Below, in pieces: positions 1-11,986 of a stretch of DNA of 64,000 nucleotides. Below the pieces are notes generated by a model. That model had not been told where the DNA came from. It did not search any database and saw only the letters and a list, made by a program, of their open reading frames with translations. The translations under genes and the position numbers were made by a program. The first letter of the stretch is position 1, and every line of letters starts with the position of its first letter. The stretch comes from Botryllus schlosseri. Lineage: Eukaryota. The stretch spans positions 40,178,001-40,242,000 of the forward strand of contig CM119371.1 in assembly GCA_051294905.1 (NCBI GenBank), read 5' to 3'.

Positions 1-405
1 GTGGGCCATTTCATGTTAATCTTGGGGGGTTCAATAATTTAGGAGCCATACTTGTACTCGCTAGATGGCGTATGCTTGACGATACTTCCTGGTCTGGTCT
101 AAGGGAATATTCTGGATATAGCTGTGATAGGGTACAGTTTGTCAATAGTAATTGGCCCACCGGACGTTCCCTCACTGTATCTACCGATCTTGTTTGGACA
201 ATATCTTATTCGCGCTACTACTGTGTCGTATTATAATTTGGATATAAGGAAATTCGATCAATTGGAACTTCAAGCAATATACTTTTCTACCGTACTTCAA
301 GATCGCGTATATTTGCATCGGGAAACTTATAGGACTTTGCGGCGCTGTAAGTTCAAGGGAAGACAGCTTACACAGAATCACATAGGCAGTTCAGCGACCG
401 CAACA
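1..405 (+). repeat. 5' LTR (first ~7 bp outside the window)
   Basis: Matches 4876-5280 at offset 4875; the spurious ORFs inside translate identically; ends in CAACA. Confidence 0.95.
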
Positions 406-622
406 GTAGATACAGCTAAAGGTCCGGTCGTGGAGTAAATACACTGAACGGCCAGGAAGCGGAACAGTAACACAGGACGGCTATCGGTACATAAGGAAAG
501 GACAATTCCATATTCTGTGGATTGGTGCCGGTAATAGGACTTGCTTCATTCATACTGATATTGGAGAAAAGGACACACTTCTGTTCAAGAAAACAGTAAG
601 TTCATGTACTCTGGTTTTAATA

Positions 623-3600
623 ATGACTCCTGGAAGAAATAGGAAGAAGTCTGGAAAGGCTTCTCGCGGTGGCCGAAATGGTGTTAATTCAAGGAATTCT
701 ACTTTGGTGGGTGAAGATAACGTAGATTCGGATCCTAATAGAATTATGGCCGAGGATTACAAGCATGGCCACACCGTGATATCGGACAGGAGAACTAGAG
801 GAACCTCCGCATTTATTGAAAACATGAAACAAGAGTTTGACTTCCGTGTCAAAGAGGTATTGCGACAGTGCAAATGTTTGAATGACCTGCTAGAGTCACG
901 GGACGTTCGGGAATATGTTTCAGAAGCATATTTAGATATGCAAAAGAAGTTTGCTCTACTACAAGATTTTTGGATGGATCTTGAGCCTCGTCTAAGGCCA
1001 GAGGAATTGGAAGAAATTTCTCGTTCATTCAAGGATATACAAGATCATGTAGAAGAGACTGGCAACAACGCAAAGGATCATTTGGACGAATACAACGGCG
1101 AAGTGAAGGCGAAGTTCTCTGAGCCCACTCCAAGACGGAATAGGTTCGCTGTACTAGAAGATTCGAACTCTCCCGAAAGAGAGACTGCTCTGCTGGTTGA
1201 ACAAATGAAACGGGACAACGAGCAGAAGATGAAGGACCTGTCTGCTCAGAATCAACGAGACTTGCAAAGGCTAATTGATAGAGGGCGGAAGTCGACACCG
1301 AGTAGTGTACTGGATAACACCGAAAATGTAATGGATAGAGCACCTAATAACGATGGTGCTCATGGGATATATCATGTTAATGCAAATCTGGATCAGGTTT
1401 TGAAGGAATTGGCTGTTTCGAATGCTATGTTGGCGCGATCGTGTGGTCTACCAGAAATTAAGGTTGGTGTTTTTGATGGCAATATTCTTGAATATTTAGC
1501 CTGGGAAACTTCGTTTGATGCATTGATTCAGTCGAAGACATGCAATGTGCATGAGCTCTTGAACTATCTAGAGTCACATCTATCTGGTGAGCCTAAGGAA
1601 ATGATAAAAGGTTTACTGCTCTTGCAGAGTAGAGATGCCTATGAAAAGGCACGTAAGAGATTGAAAAATAGATACGGCAACGACAATGTAGTTGGGAATG
1701 CATTTTTGAATCGACTATCTTCTTGGCCAAAAATCAATGTCAAAGATGGGATTGGTCTGAGAAAATTTGCAGATTTTTTGGATCAAATCGCAGCAGCTGA
1801 GCAGAAAATACCTGCTCTTGGTGTTTTGAACTATGCTATTGAAAGTAATAAAATCATTGGAAAACTACCGCAATTTCTGAGAGGTAAATGGCGGGATGAA
1901 GTTTACAAATGGCGAAGTAAATATGGTGAGGCGTCATATCCACCATTGAAAGAAGTGGCAGGATTTATCGATGTCTGTGCCGAAAAGATGAATATTCCAG
2001 AATTGGATGATCTGGATTCACCAAATGACAAAGGAAAAATTGGCACTCCTGAAGTAGTGAGCAATAGAGACTCTTACAAGGGAAAATTTAAGGTCACATC
2101 GTTCTCGACAGAATGTCAGGACGACACGAGTGTTACAAGGACAAAGTGTTATTTTTGTGAAGAACCACATCACATTGATGATTGTGAAGGCTTTGGAAAG
2201 CTATCCCATATCGACAAACGGGAATTTATCATGAAACGAGGACTATGTTTTGGTTGTGGCTCATCGCAAGACCACATGGCCAAGTACTGTACAGCAAGAA
2301 TAATTTGCAGGATATGCAAAAGGAGGCATTTGACATCTCTGCATGTGGAACCTGATGAGGTGGACTCGAAATGTACGCAAGTGTGCTCCCAGGAAGGACA
2401 GGAGGGAGGTAAGCAGAATACTATGATAGTCCCGGTTTATGTGAGTACTGCTGCCAATCCTTCCAAGAAGGTCAAATGTTATTGTGCACTAGATGGTCAA
2501 AGTAATCGGACTTTCATCATTGATGATCTAAAGGAAACTTTAGGACTGAAATCTGTAAATACCAAGTTACAGATGTCCACATTGTATAAATCTGGTGCAG
2601 TTATTAACTCAAGCAGGGTCACTGGAATAAAAGTTTCAAGTATCGATGAAACCTCTTCTGTCACTATTCCTCAAGTTTACACAAGAGCAGAAATTCCAAT
2701 TCAAATTTCACAAATCCCTAAACCTCAGGTGGCAAGAGAGTGGGCTCATCTTCGAAGCATTGCGGATAAGATTATGCCCTATGACCCATCTATGAAAATT
2801 GGAATAATAATTGGCACTGATGTTCCTAACGCGTTACGTCCTCATGAGGTTGTAGCCGGTGATGATGAGGATCCGTATGGTCAACTATCTATGTTTGGTT
2901 GGGGAATTGTTGGTAATGTTTGTAAGGACTTGAAGGGTGAATCATCTAGCGTGGTATCGCATCATACTATTGTGAGAGAGGCACAAATGGAAGAAGGCTT
3001 CGAAACTTCAGAAGTTGTTGCTGAAGGGAATACCGCCTTTGTATACATGACAAAGGCGAAGGAAGTTATGTGTCCACAGGAAATCAATCATTTGCTAGAA
3101 ATGGATTTCATCGAACATAGGAATTTGGAAGCTTCTTTGTCGGTCGAGGACAAGCGTTTTATGGACATCCTCTCAAACGGTGTTTCAAGGAGAGAGGACG
3201 GGCATTACGAATTCCCTCTGCCATTGAAATACGACAATGTTAGAGTGCCAAACAACAGACCTTTGGCGGCAAAAAGGGCTGTTGCAAACTGCCTGCAATT
3301 CAAAGACAGATTGAAGGGTTTGCCAATAAACAGTTCTCTCACTGTTGAAAGGTTGTCAATGGCAGAAAGGATCATCTTGAAAGACTTACAGAGCGAATTC
3401 TTTCCGGATGAATTGGAACGTCTTGACTCTGCATCAAAGTCGAAGGGTTCTACTGTAAAGAAAGACAGTCCTTTGTACAAACTAGATCCATTTGTGGACT
3501 GTGATGGCTTGATAAGAGTTGGCGGAAGAATCCGTAATAGCTCTTTGTCTACTGAAGTCAAGAATCCAATTTTGCTGCCTCGGAAATCTCATGTAACGGA

Positions 3601-4810
3601 CTTGATCATTCGCCATTTTCATGGAAAGGTCAATCATATGGGACGTGGAATTACGCACAATGAGATACGTCAACATGGATATTGGATTATAGGTGGTGTG
3701 AGCGCTGTCTCTCAGCACATCCACCAATGCATAACTTGTCGGAAATTACGGAAACCATTATCGGCACAAAAGATGTGCGATTTACCAGAGTCGAGAATGG
3801 CTGAGCAAGGTCCATTCACATTTTGCTCGTGCGATTTCTTCGGGCCATTTGAAATCAAAGAAAGGCGATCCGTATTGAAAAGGTACGGAGTTATTTTCTC
3901 GTGTATGTCATCCAGAGCTATACACTTGGAGACGACTAACTCTATGGACTTGGATTCATTCATTAATGCATTGAGAAGATTTCTTGCAAGAAGAGGGCCG
4001 ATAAAATCACTGTTGAGTGATTGCGGAAGCAACATCATTGGGGGAAAGAATGCTTTCCAAAAGGCGATGGGTGAGATGAATCAGAAAAAGGTCAGAGATT
4101 ATCTCTTGTCTGAAAATTGTGATCTGATAGAATTCAACTTTCACGTGCCAAAAGCTAGTCATATGAATGGGAATGTCGAACGCCAAATTCTTACGGTGCG
4201 TCGTGTTTTGGAATCATTGCTTTGTCAAATAGGTTCACATTTGGATGATGAATCACTCAGAACCTTTTTCGCAGAAGTAGAAAATGTGGTAAATTCAAGA
4301 CCACTAACTGTTATCAATTTGGGTGATGTCAATGCGCCAGAACCATTGACACCGAATCATCTGTTAACGATGAAACCAAAAATTTTGTTGTCACCTCCAG
4401 GGGAATTTGGCAAGCCAGATCTCTATGCAAGAAGGCGCTGGAGAAGAACACAATACGCTGTGAATCAATTTTGGTTCAGATGGAGAAGGGAGTTTTTACC
4501 TGGCATGCAACAACGCACTAAATGGAGCAAAGTTAGTCGAAATGTTCGCGTGGGAGATATTGTTATCGTTCATGATGATGACCTTCCGCGAAACTCTTGG
4601 AAATTGGGAATCGTACACTCGGTTTCGAGTTCGACAGATGGGCTGGTGCGAAAGGCCAAGATACGCATCGCCGACCGTACTATTGATCAGCACGGAAGAA
4701 GAATCAACGATGTGCAGTTTTTGGAGCGACCTATCCACAAATTGGTCGTGCTTCTCGCTGCAGAGGAAGTTACCGAGGATTCCACCGACGAGGAGCCACT
4801 AATGGACTAA
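623..4810 (+). CDS. BEL/Pao Gag-protease-integrase polyprotein with in-frame loss of RT and RNase H
   Basis: Gag motif FDGNILEYLAWETSF. Three Cys/His knuckles (CYFCEEPHHIDDC, CFGCGSSQDHMAKYC, CRICKRRHLTSLH). Aspartic protease LDGQS. Integrase HHCC (HFHGKVNH..CITC), DDE core (DFFGPF, SDCGSN, NVERQI) and C-terminal RRWRRTQYAVNQFW. No YxDD, DAS, PRLEL or NPAD motifs. Confidence 0.95.
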   Translation: MTPGRNRKKSGKASRGGRNGVNSRNSTLVGEDNVDSDPNRIMAEDYKHGHTVISDRRTRGTSAFIENMKQEFDFRVKEVLRQCKCLNDLLESRDVREYVSEAYLDMQKKFALLQDFWMDLEPRLRPEELEEISRSFKDIQDHVEETGNNAKDHLDEYNGEVKAKFSEPTPRRNRFAVLEDSNSPERETALLVEQMKRDNEQKMKDLSAQNQRDLQRLIDRGRKSTPSSVLDNTENVMDRAPNNDGAHGIYHVNANLDQVLKELAVSNAMLARSCGLPEIKVGVFDGNILEYLAWETSFDALIQSKTCNVHELLNYLESHLSGEPKEMIKGLLLLQSRDAYEKARKRLKNRYGNDNVVGNAFLNRLSSWPKINVKDGIGLRKFADFLDQIAAAEQKIPALGVLNYAIESNKIIGKLPQFLRGKWRDEVYKWRSKYGEASYPPLKEVAGFIDVCAEKMNIPELDDLDSPNDKGKIGTPEVVSNRDSYKGKFKVTSFSTECQDDTSVTRTKCYFCEEPHHIDDCEGFGKLSHIDKREFIMKRGLCFGCGSSQDHMAKYCTARIICRICKRRHLTSLHVEPDEVDSKCTQVCSQEGQEGGKQNTMIVPVYVSTAANPSKKVKCYCALDGQSNRTFIIDDLKETLGLKSVNTKLQMSTLYKSGAVINSSRVTGIKVSSIDETSSVTIPQVYTRAEIPIQISQIPKPQVAREWAHLRSIADKIMPYDPSMKIGIIIGTDVPNALRPHEVVAGDDEDPYGQLSMFGWGIVGNVCKDLKGESSSVVSHHTIVREAQMEEGFETSEVVAEGNTAFVYMTKAKEVMCPQEINHLLEMDFIEHRNLEASLSVEDKRFMDILSNGVSRREDGHYEFPLPLKYDNVRVPNNRPLAAKRAVANCLQFKDRLKGLPINSSLTVERLSMAERIILKDLQSEFFPDELERLDSASKSKGSTVKKDSPLYKLDPFVDCDGLIRVGGRIRNSSLSTEVKNPILLPRKSHVTDLIIRHFHGKVNHMGRGITHNEIRQHGYWIIGGVSAVSQHIHQCITCRKLRKPLSAQKMCDLPESRMAEQGPFTFCSCDFFGPFEIKERRSVLKRYGVIFSCMSSRAIHLETTNSMDLDSFINALRRFLARRGPIKSLLSDCGSNIIGGKNAFQKAMGEMNQKKVRDYLLSENCDLIEFNFHVPKASHMNGNVERQILTVRRVLESLLCQIGSHLDDESLRTFFAEVENVVNSRPLTVINLGDVNAPEPLTPNHLLTMKPKILLSPPGEFGKPDLYARRRWRRTQYAVNQFWFRWRREFLPGMQQRTKWSKVSRNVRVGDIVIVHDDDLPRNSWKLGIVHSVSSSTDGLVRKAKIRIADRTIDQHGRRINDVQFLERPIHKLVVLLAAEEVTEDSTDEEPLMD

Positions 4811-4859
4811 TGTTTTACTTAATTTGCAAAAAAGTTCTTTGTCATTTTATAACTTTTTT

Positions 4860-4868
4860 GGGGGGGTA
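4860..4868 (+). promoter_or_regulatory. Polypurine tract
   Basis: GGGGGGGTA immediately 5' of the 3' LTR's initial TG. Confidence 0.75.
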
Positions 4869-5280
4869 TGTTACTGTGGGCCATTTCATGTTAATCTTGG
4901 GGGGTTCAATAATTTAGGAGCCATACTTGTACTCGCTAGATGGCGTATGCTTGACGATACTTCCTGGTCTGGTCTAAGGGAATATTCTGGATATAGCTGT
5001 GATAGGGTACAGTTTGTCAATAGTAATTGGCCCACCGGACGTTCCCTCACTGTATCTACCGATCTTGTTTGGACAATATCTTATTCGCGCTACTACTGTG
5101 TCGTATTATAATTTGGATATAAGGAAATTCGATCAATTGGAACTTCAAGCAATATACTTTTCTACCGTACTTCAAGATCGCGTATATTTGCATCGGGAAA
5201 CTTATAGGACTTTGCGGCGCTGTAAGTTCAAGGGAAGACAGCTTACACAGAATCACATAGGCAGTTCAGCGACCGCAACA
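4869..5280 (+). repeat. 3' LTR (412 bp)
   Basis: TG...CA termini (TGTT/AACA); matches 1-405. Confidence 0.96.
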
Positions 5281-5789
5281 ATAGGCCATGTGCAGTGTAC
5301 ACACTATTCCATCGCTGGCCTGCACAATCGCATCTTGATTGGCTTGGTGCTCACGATATTATCGTTGACCTACACAATCGCATCTGCAATAGGCCTACGA
5401 ACGATATAATCGCTGGCCTAACCATCTCGGACCCAGCATGCATTGGCTCCTATCTCTCCATGGCTTGTTGACGATATGCCGTTAAGTGTATTCTAATTAG
5501 TGATTCTGAGAGTGACACCGCGAAACTGAATGACATCGAATGTTCGCAAAAATGTGCGTGCGTGCAAGCGTAATTGATTTCCGCTGATGATTAATTCGAA
5601 AAAAAAAGATCGAAACCCCCTGATTTCATTTCAATCCCCCTACATTTTCGGCTGGCTGCGTGCCTGATCACGTGAATTAGAGCGAGGTATCATGTCGGCA
5701 TCAATTCCAGTATCAGCTAGTCGTCTTTCTAGTACTCCAAACCTAAACATAAGGATGGTCAAAAGGATGTAAAGCCGTTGAAGTTTCCG

Positions 5790-6200
5790 GCGTACGACCT
5801 GCCAACCTTTTGACTCTCTACGAAGCGCTGATTTCTATACAGCCCACTTCTGTGGAAGCTGAAAAAGCATTCAATGAACGTGGACTCTTTGTTACAAAAT
5901 TCCGGTCCCGGCTACAGGATCCCACAATTGATGCATCTGTGCTTTATAGAGAGGGCATTGCAGAAGCAGTGAACATTAAATTTGCGTGGTTTTTCTCGTA
6001 TTCGCACATACTGCGCGCGTAGGTAGGTACTCTACAATAACACTGTGTAATGATTTTGCGATCCGTTTTACATGCAGACCTAATGAAATCGATTGTCTTT
6101 TAGCAGTTATTATCCGGTTAACCGGTTAGATAAATTCCAAAATATCCGGATATATCCGTTATCCGGATAGTGAAAATTATTGATATCCGAACTAACCCTA
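5790..6200 (+). mobile_element. Decayed hAT transposon 3' end (dimerisation-domain remnant plus TIR)
   Basis: Peptide LISIQPTSVEAEKAFNERGLFVTKFRSRL resembles the hAT C-terminal 'TSV..ERAFS' motif. ATCCGG subterminal repeats; terminus ...CTAACCCTA at 6200. Confidence 0.7.
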
Positions 6201-7703
6201 CTGTGCACGCATATTTTCTGTACCACCATCACTGCCGTTTGTTATGTATTTTGGTTCGATGAAAATAAAGACTCTCTCTCTGTACACGATTGAAGACGGC
6301 GTGACTATCAAATCATGAAACAAACTCACTCAACATAATTCATTTCGTGTAAGTCATCGAACGGTACGTACCGTTGTTTGCTTTGTAAATTTTGCAGTAT
6401 AACAGCTGAGCACAAAGGCCCAAATTGTTCAACAGCGAATATTCGTAGACAAGTCAAGTATCATTTTACAATAGTACAGTTGCACTCATTGTCGCTCAAA
6501 ACACCAAGGACAAAAATAAAGTACGTCTCTTCCATTTCCATTGCATTTCCATATGCATGATATTTGTTCAAATTAGCCCACGAGTTTTGAAGGCCACGCT
6601 AATCATTTTTAAGTGTTCGTAAATCAAGCATACAAATTCGCGGTAATTTTTGCAAAATGACGATTCAGGTAGTTATTTCCCAGTAACCATATCAACTGCG
6701 ACTTGATTTTAGATTCAGATGGTAACTTGTTTTATATCCATTGGAAATATATATTTCCCATGAGTATAAAATCCTTTCCTTTGGCTAGCTTCGCATATGA
6801 TCCAATCAGCACCGAGTTACTACTGATTATACAATGTCGCATACATTGATCTCATTAAACGAGATATATGTTGGCGCAAGTCACCAAGCAATATGATTTG
6901 TTTGTTTCCGTTGCTTTCGCAACATTGCGTGGACGTTGGCGAATTGACATTGTTACATATTTACTGTGAGACAACTTCGAACTTTGTAACGTCGAATTCA
7001 TGGCGATACAGAGTTCGTAACATAAAACGGCCATGTGCAAGCTTCCATTACAGAATGAAATGTCCACGAATTATTTAAATGCTACGCCGAGCAATACCGT
7101 TTGTGCTGGCGATGCGGTTGCCCTCTTGGATCCCTAAAATTATTCAAATTGTAAATCCAAATTACCCGCAGCCTTTGAAGTTTCTTCGATATCATTAGGG
7201 ATGGGAAAACAATTACTGAAAATCAAACGGAATATCATATTGGAGATAAGTTATAGGATCTTCCCCGGTATTTCAAATTCTCTGTGTATTCAAATAAATT
7301 TCTCATTCCAGTAGAGTTTGTTAACACATTTCAGATAGCGGAATCTCCTCAATGTCAGCGGTAGTGGCAATCTTATTCAGTATTCCGATAAGGCAGTGTA
7401 CTATCCCGACAGTATCAAAGTATAAATCCTATGATATTGTCTGTAAATTAGTGGCTATTAACATGGTTTTACCGATACTTGGACATTGAATTATATTCAG
7501 TTCCTACCAAATAAGATTTCATCTCATGGCTATGGCGTACCAGTACAGCGGAATGGGCTCGTTTCGCACTACACACTACACAGCTTACCTGTAGCATTTG
7601 AAGGAAACCAGAAATGAGGTTAGAATTGAAATATAGCATCGGAACAATATACCAACGTAAATGCATACACCAATGACTTAGTTTTCACATGAATGGTTTA
7701 GAC

Positions 7704-7873
7704 CAGTGGTTCCCAACGTGGGCGATATCGCCCCCCAGGGGGCGATTTGGCGATCTAGGGGGGCGAAAATGACGAAGGGGGCGATAGGGGGGCGAAAATG
7801 GACTAAGGGGGCGACGGGGGGCGAAAATAGCGAAGGGGGCGATAGGGGGGCGATGACGCGTCAAAACGGCTGA

Positions 7874-7907
<34 letters not shown>

Positions 7908-8036
7908 TCATCCACCTAGCAATTCGGAGAGAAAAAAGTTTGTATGCCGAATTATCGGTGCACAAAATTTGGGGGGCGATGATCGGTGTTGACCTTGAAA
8001 AGGGGGCGATGGGTCGAAAAAGGTTGGGAACCACTG
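7704..8036. mobile_element. hAT/Charlie-type MITE
   Basis: TIR CAGTGGTTCCCAAC, perfect 8-bp TSD GTTTAGAC, internal GGGGGCGA repeats. Confidence 0.93.
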
Positions 8037-11000
8037 GTTTAGACGTAAGAAAGTGCGAGGCGGGAATTTTTTTGTAGATAGCAGGATTTCCCTACAGTCT
8101 TTGATAATTAATATGCGTGTTCCTATATATAAAAGTGTAGCGATAAGCGTCACCATCGCCACTACCAGCTCGACATGACGTGTTTGGAATTACAACTAAA
8201 AAGTCCATATGCATCACCGCCCTAACTGCGATTAGAACTCTGGGCCTAATTTCAAAGTCATTCAACTCCTTCATACTGACAATTTAACGTACAGAGCCTG
8301 CGCATTATGCGCAGTCATTTAATTGTAAGATCGGTAGCTGTCACGCAACAAATATTCGTTCTAGGCATTACGACATCAATATATAATTTGCTAATCATTG
8401 GTGAAATATTGCGCCGAGCTACTTTCTTGAAAGTTGACAATTGTACGGTTTCTTGCTGAAATGACTCTGATAACTGACTGGCCGTGACCTATCTTCTGAT
8501 AACTAGCAATTGCATTCGCTGCTGTATATTGATAATTTGTAAAGGCGAAACAAAACACACGCTCTGCAATAATTGGTTAGCAATCAACAATATCGTAATA
8601 TGATAGTCGAATAGTTCATCGGTCGCCTCTTCGATCGGTGGCGGACGGTTATTTCTTTACAATCAGCAAACATTCCGCACTCCAATAAAGCAGAGGAGAG
8701 CGACCGAGCATTGATCTCGTATGGACTGCGATATGATACATAATGCTGACCTCATTACTGAGCTAGGCAAGGCTTTACGATTTCGCTTCATTTCAGTTCT
8801 TTTTGCAAAACCTCATCGACGAGTCAACCATTCGAAATTCTATCAACGAGTGGACCATTCCAAATTTTAAATTCTATATTTAAGTATAAGTTTCGAACAC
8901 TTGTTAATCGTCATTGGCAAAGCAATCTATTTCGTTCAGTTGTTGACAAATTAGCCATGAATAGCCAAGAATTACGCACCAACTTTTAAATCATAAATCG
9001 AGCTCAGCCATAAGAATATATGCTTGACATCGAGTGATATATGGTTTGTTTGTTTCAGTTGACATTCCAAGATACCGTGGGCTTGCGCGCTGCGTAGCCT
9101 ACATTGGGTCGCTATAATTTAACTTTGCAGCGTCTTATGCCAAGTCATCTGGAATTCCTAATGCACAACATCGAATTCGTACTCAAATTAGTACGGTTTT
9201 AAAATATTTCAGCTCATGTGAAATATGTTCGTAGCGGAAAAGTTCGTGTGACTGACTTTGTTCGCCGAACGATTATTTCATTTCGCTAATAATCAGGAGT
9301 TTCGCAATGCTATTCCTGTGTCTGTTTACCTGTCCTCATAAGCTTGCTGTCCTCTCGAAGTTGCCACACCAGAACGATTAATATTTGCTTCTGATGAACG
9401 TAAGTAGAAACATTTGGGTATACAATAGATTGGGAACAATGAATTTATTTTGCTGTACCGAGAAAAGAGGAAAAATGAAACGTTCGACCAGCATCCAAAT
9501 TTTCAAAATACCTTCGTGTGCCACAGCGATGATGGAGTAGGCTACTGATACATGTAATGATACTGTATTAGCAAGAAATGTAACGTGAAATGTATCCGAA
9601 AATTAGTTGCTGAGAGAAATGCGGGCACGTTGATATAGACATGGCAAATTCGGAACAAATCGTGCGTCAGAGACGTCGCAAATGAAGCATCTCAGAACAG
9701 CGCCAAAACGAAATAAATTGAATACCTTCATGTAACGACACAACCTCCGGTGAAGCAAACAAGTATACCAGTTTCGAGAGCGGTAATCTATATATAACGA
9801 ATCGCGCGTTATATTGTACATCATTCCGGTGTATACAAATCACCCATGAATACCAGGTGAATGCCTTTTCGAAAAAGCTAATCAGAGTAGTTGCGTTATA
9901 TTGCATGATAAAGCTGTTCGTATGGCGCGTTGACACAGAATACGTGGTAAGATAACGCCACTACTCTGATTAGCTTTTTCGAAAGGGTTATATTTACAAT
10001 ATATAGTAGTGGTCTAAAAATCGGTCAACCTAGAAAAATTTCTTAAGAAGACTTGTTATATATTTGTTGGAAAGATAATTTTATCAGCATTTCAATAGTA
10101 TGTTATGACATTTTTTTAACCTTAGGGTAAGAGTTATGACCAAAAACGTGCCAAGGGGTTAAAATTGAAATTAGGGGAAAAGGTTAACATAAAAATATGA
10201 ACAAAAGGCTAGGAATTTACGAATTACCAACAAAAAAGCAGGACATAGATGTGAAAGTTATAAATAAAACAGAAATATATACCTTTTCAGGGAGTAAGAA
10301 TGAGCAAGACGTAAAGGGGGGGGGGAGGGGTCAGTAGAGTTGTCCTTGTTCATTATAACTTCATTATGTTATTGTTTACTTAATATGGTCGGTTTTATTT
10401 ACCTTGCTTGTTTTTTTTTAAATAATGCATGGTCAAAAAGAAACAGCAATTTGTGTTAAGTGTAGAAAAGGCTATCGCACTGGTGATTCACTGTGTCATG
10501 TTGAAGCTTATTTCTGCGTGAGTGATAGTAACACAAACCCTTTGGACTAGGGGGGTTGCATTTAAAACCAAAATCAAATAAAAACAAACATGTTTAAAAC
10601 AAGGCCCTAATTTAAGAAATTTTTTTTTGAAGCCATGACGTCATGAATATTCAATATGGACGTCACAATGGATTGAAATTGACAATTGAAAATATAGGGT
10701 AAATATAGCTCCTTTGACGAAATATCTGTACTATGACTGCTGAACCGACTATTTTCAGGATTCCAACCATCCCATATCGATATACGTCGGCTAAATCGGG
10801 TGGTAGGCCTAATTGTCTGTGGGCTCATACACCATGTTTTTGAGAAGTATTTACACAATTATGGCATAATTTTACAACTTAAAAAAACACGATTTTTCAT
10901 AAATCTTTTGTTTGAAACACTGTTTAAAACATGTTCTGAACAAAATGTTTTAAAACACCGTTTTTTTTTAAATATAACCATCATTTGGACACTATACTTG

Positions 11001-11099
11001 CCCATGCTTTGAATCTGGATTGTGAAACGCTGGTCGCAAGCTTTGCAGAAAAATAAATAAAATGGTCATATTACGTACATCTACACATCATGCCGTAAT

Positions 11100-11340
11100 T
11101 CCTTGAACAACCATGCGAGATCCGAGAAACGTTTGTGGTGGCTTTATCAAAACAACTAGAGTTGAATGGTTTCAAAGTTCATTTGTTCCCTAGTGATGTA
11201 GATACAACAGCAGTTCAAGTTGCTTTTGATTCGGTAGGTGGAACACCTGTAACTGTGTACTCCGACGATACTGATGTCATTTGCTTGCTAGTGCATCATG
11301 CTATGCATCGCGACTATCCTGATATCTTCTTAACTAGGCA
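11100..11340 (+). pseudogene. PIN/XPG-like nuclease fragment, probably from an Academ-type DNA transposon
   Basis: SDVDTTAVQVAF...VTVYSDDTDVICLLVHH resembles the 'DADT.IV...V.DDTDV..LL' motif. Isolated and not extendable; superfamily assignment is from memory. Confidence 0.5.
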
Positions 11341-11986
11341 TGTTTCAGTTGTTGCATGATCAGTTAGTGCAAGTTGATACAAGCCCTAGTTCCAATTAAA
11401 TATGGTTGCTGATTTGTTCGTGTTGAAGGTTTACAGAGAAAAATGTATGCGTCGATCGAAATTTATTTTATACCCCCTAAAGCAGTAAACATATCTCAGA
11501 GACCCCAAAACTCGCGCACTTCGAAATTTTTTGTATGCGAGGAAAGATGCTGCCGGCCTGCAATTGTAGACAAATTCACGGTATTACCATGGAGAATATA
11601 TCAAGTATTCTCGGTCCCCCCCCCCCAGTGATCCATCGGTACCACATCTCTCCAACTTGTTATTCGCTCATGCATTTACGGGCTTCGATACAACTTCAGC
11701 AATTCATAAAATCGGCATTTTGCGTTAGCCGAGAAGATACATCCTGCGATTTCTTATGTAGTCACCTCCGATTATCTGTTGAAAGAATGCAATCAACTTC
11801 CTCCAACCAAATATACTTGGATATTTACTGACTTTTAGTAATTTTCAGACCTATTCTTTTCGTCTTCTACTTGAAGTAGTGTTCATGTGTCTTAGAAATT
11901 ACTACTTCTACTGTTAATTGAGAAAATATAAGGCATTACTTCAGCTACTTGAGTAGCAACGCCGATGACTTCTACAAACTCTAGTT

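Larger units (their letters stand above)
1..5280 (+). mobile_element. BEL/Pao LTR retrotransposon lacking RT/RNase H (5' LTR truncated by the window edge)
   Basis: Direct repeats 1-405 and 4876-5280. The 3' LTR runs TGTTAC...CAACA (4869-5280). A G-rich tract precedes it. The internal ORF has BEL-type Gag, protease and integrase. Confidence 0.96.

Noticed and set aside
124..438. Short ORFs repeated at 124/4999 and 181/5056
   Set aside because: They lie in the LTRs; the duplication reflects LTR identity, not genes.
5281..5285. TSD of the BEL element (ATAGG)
   Set aside because: The left flank is outside the window, so it cannot be verified.
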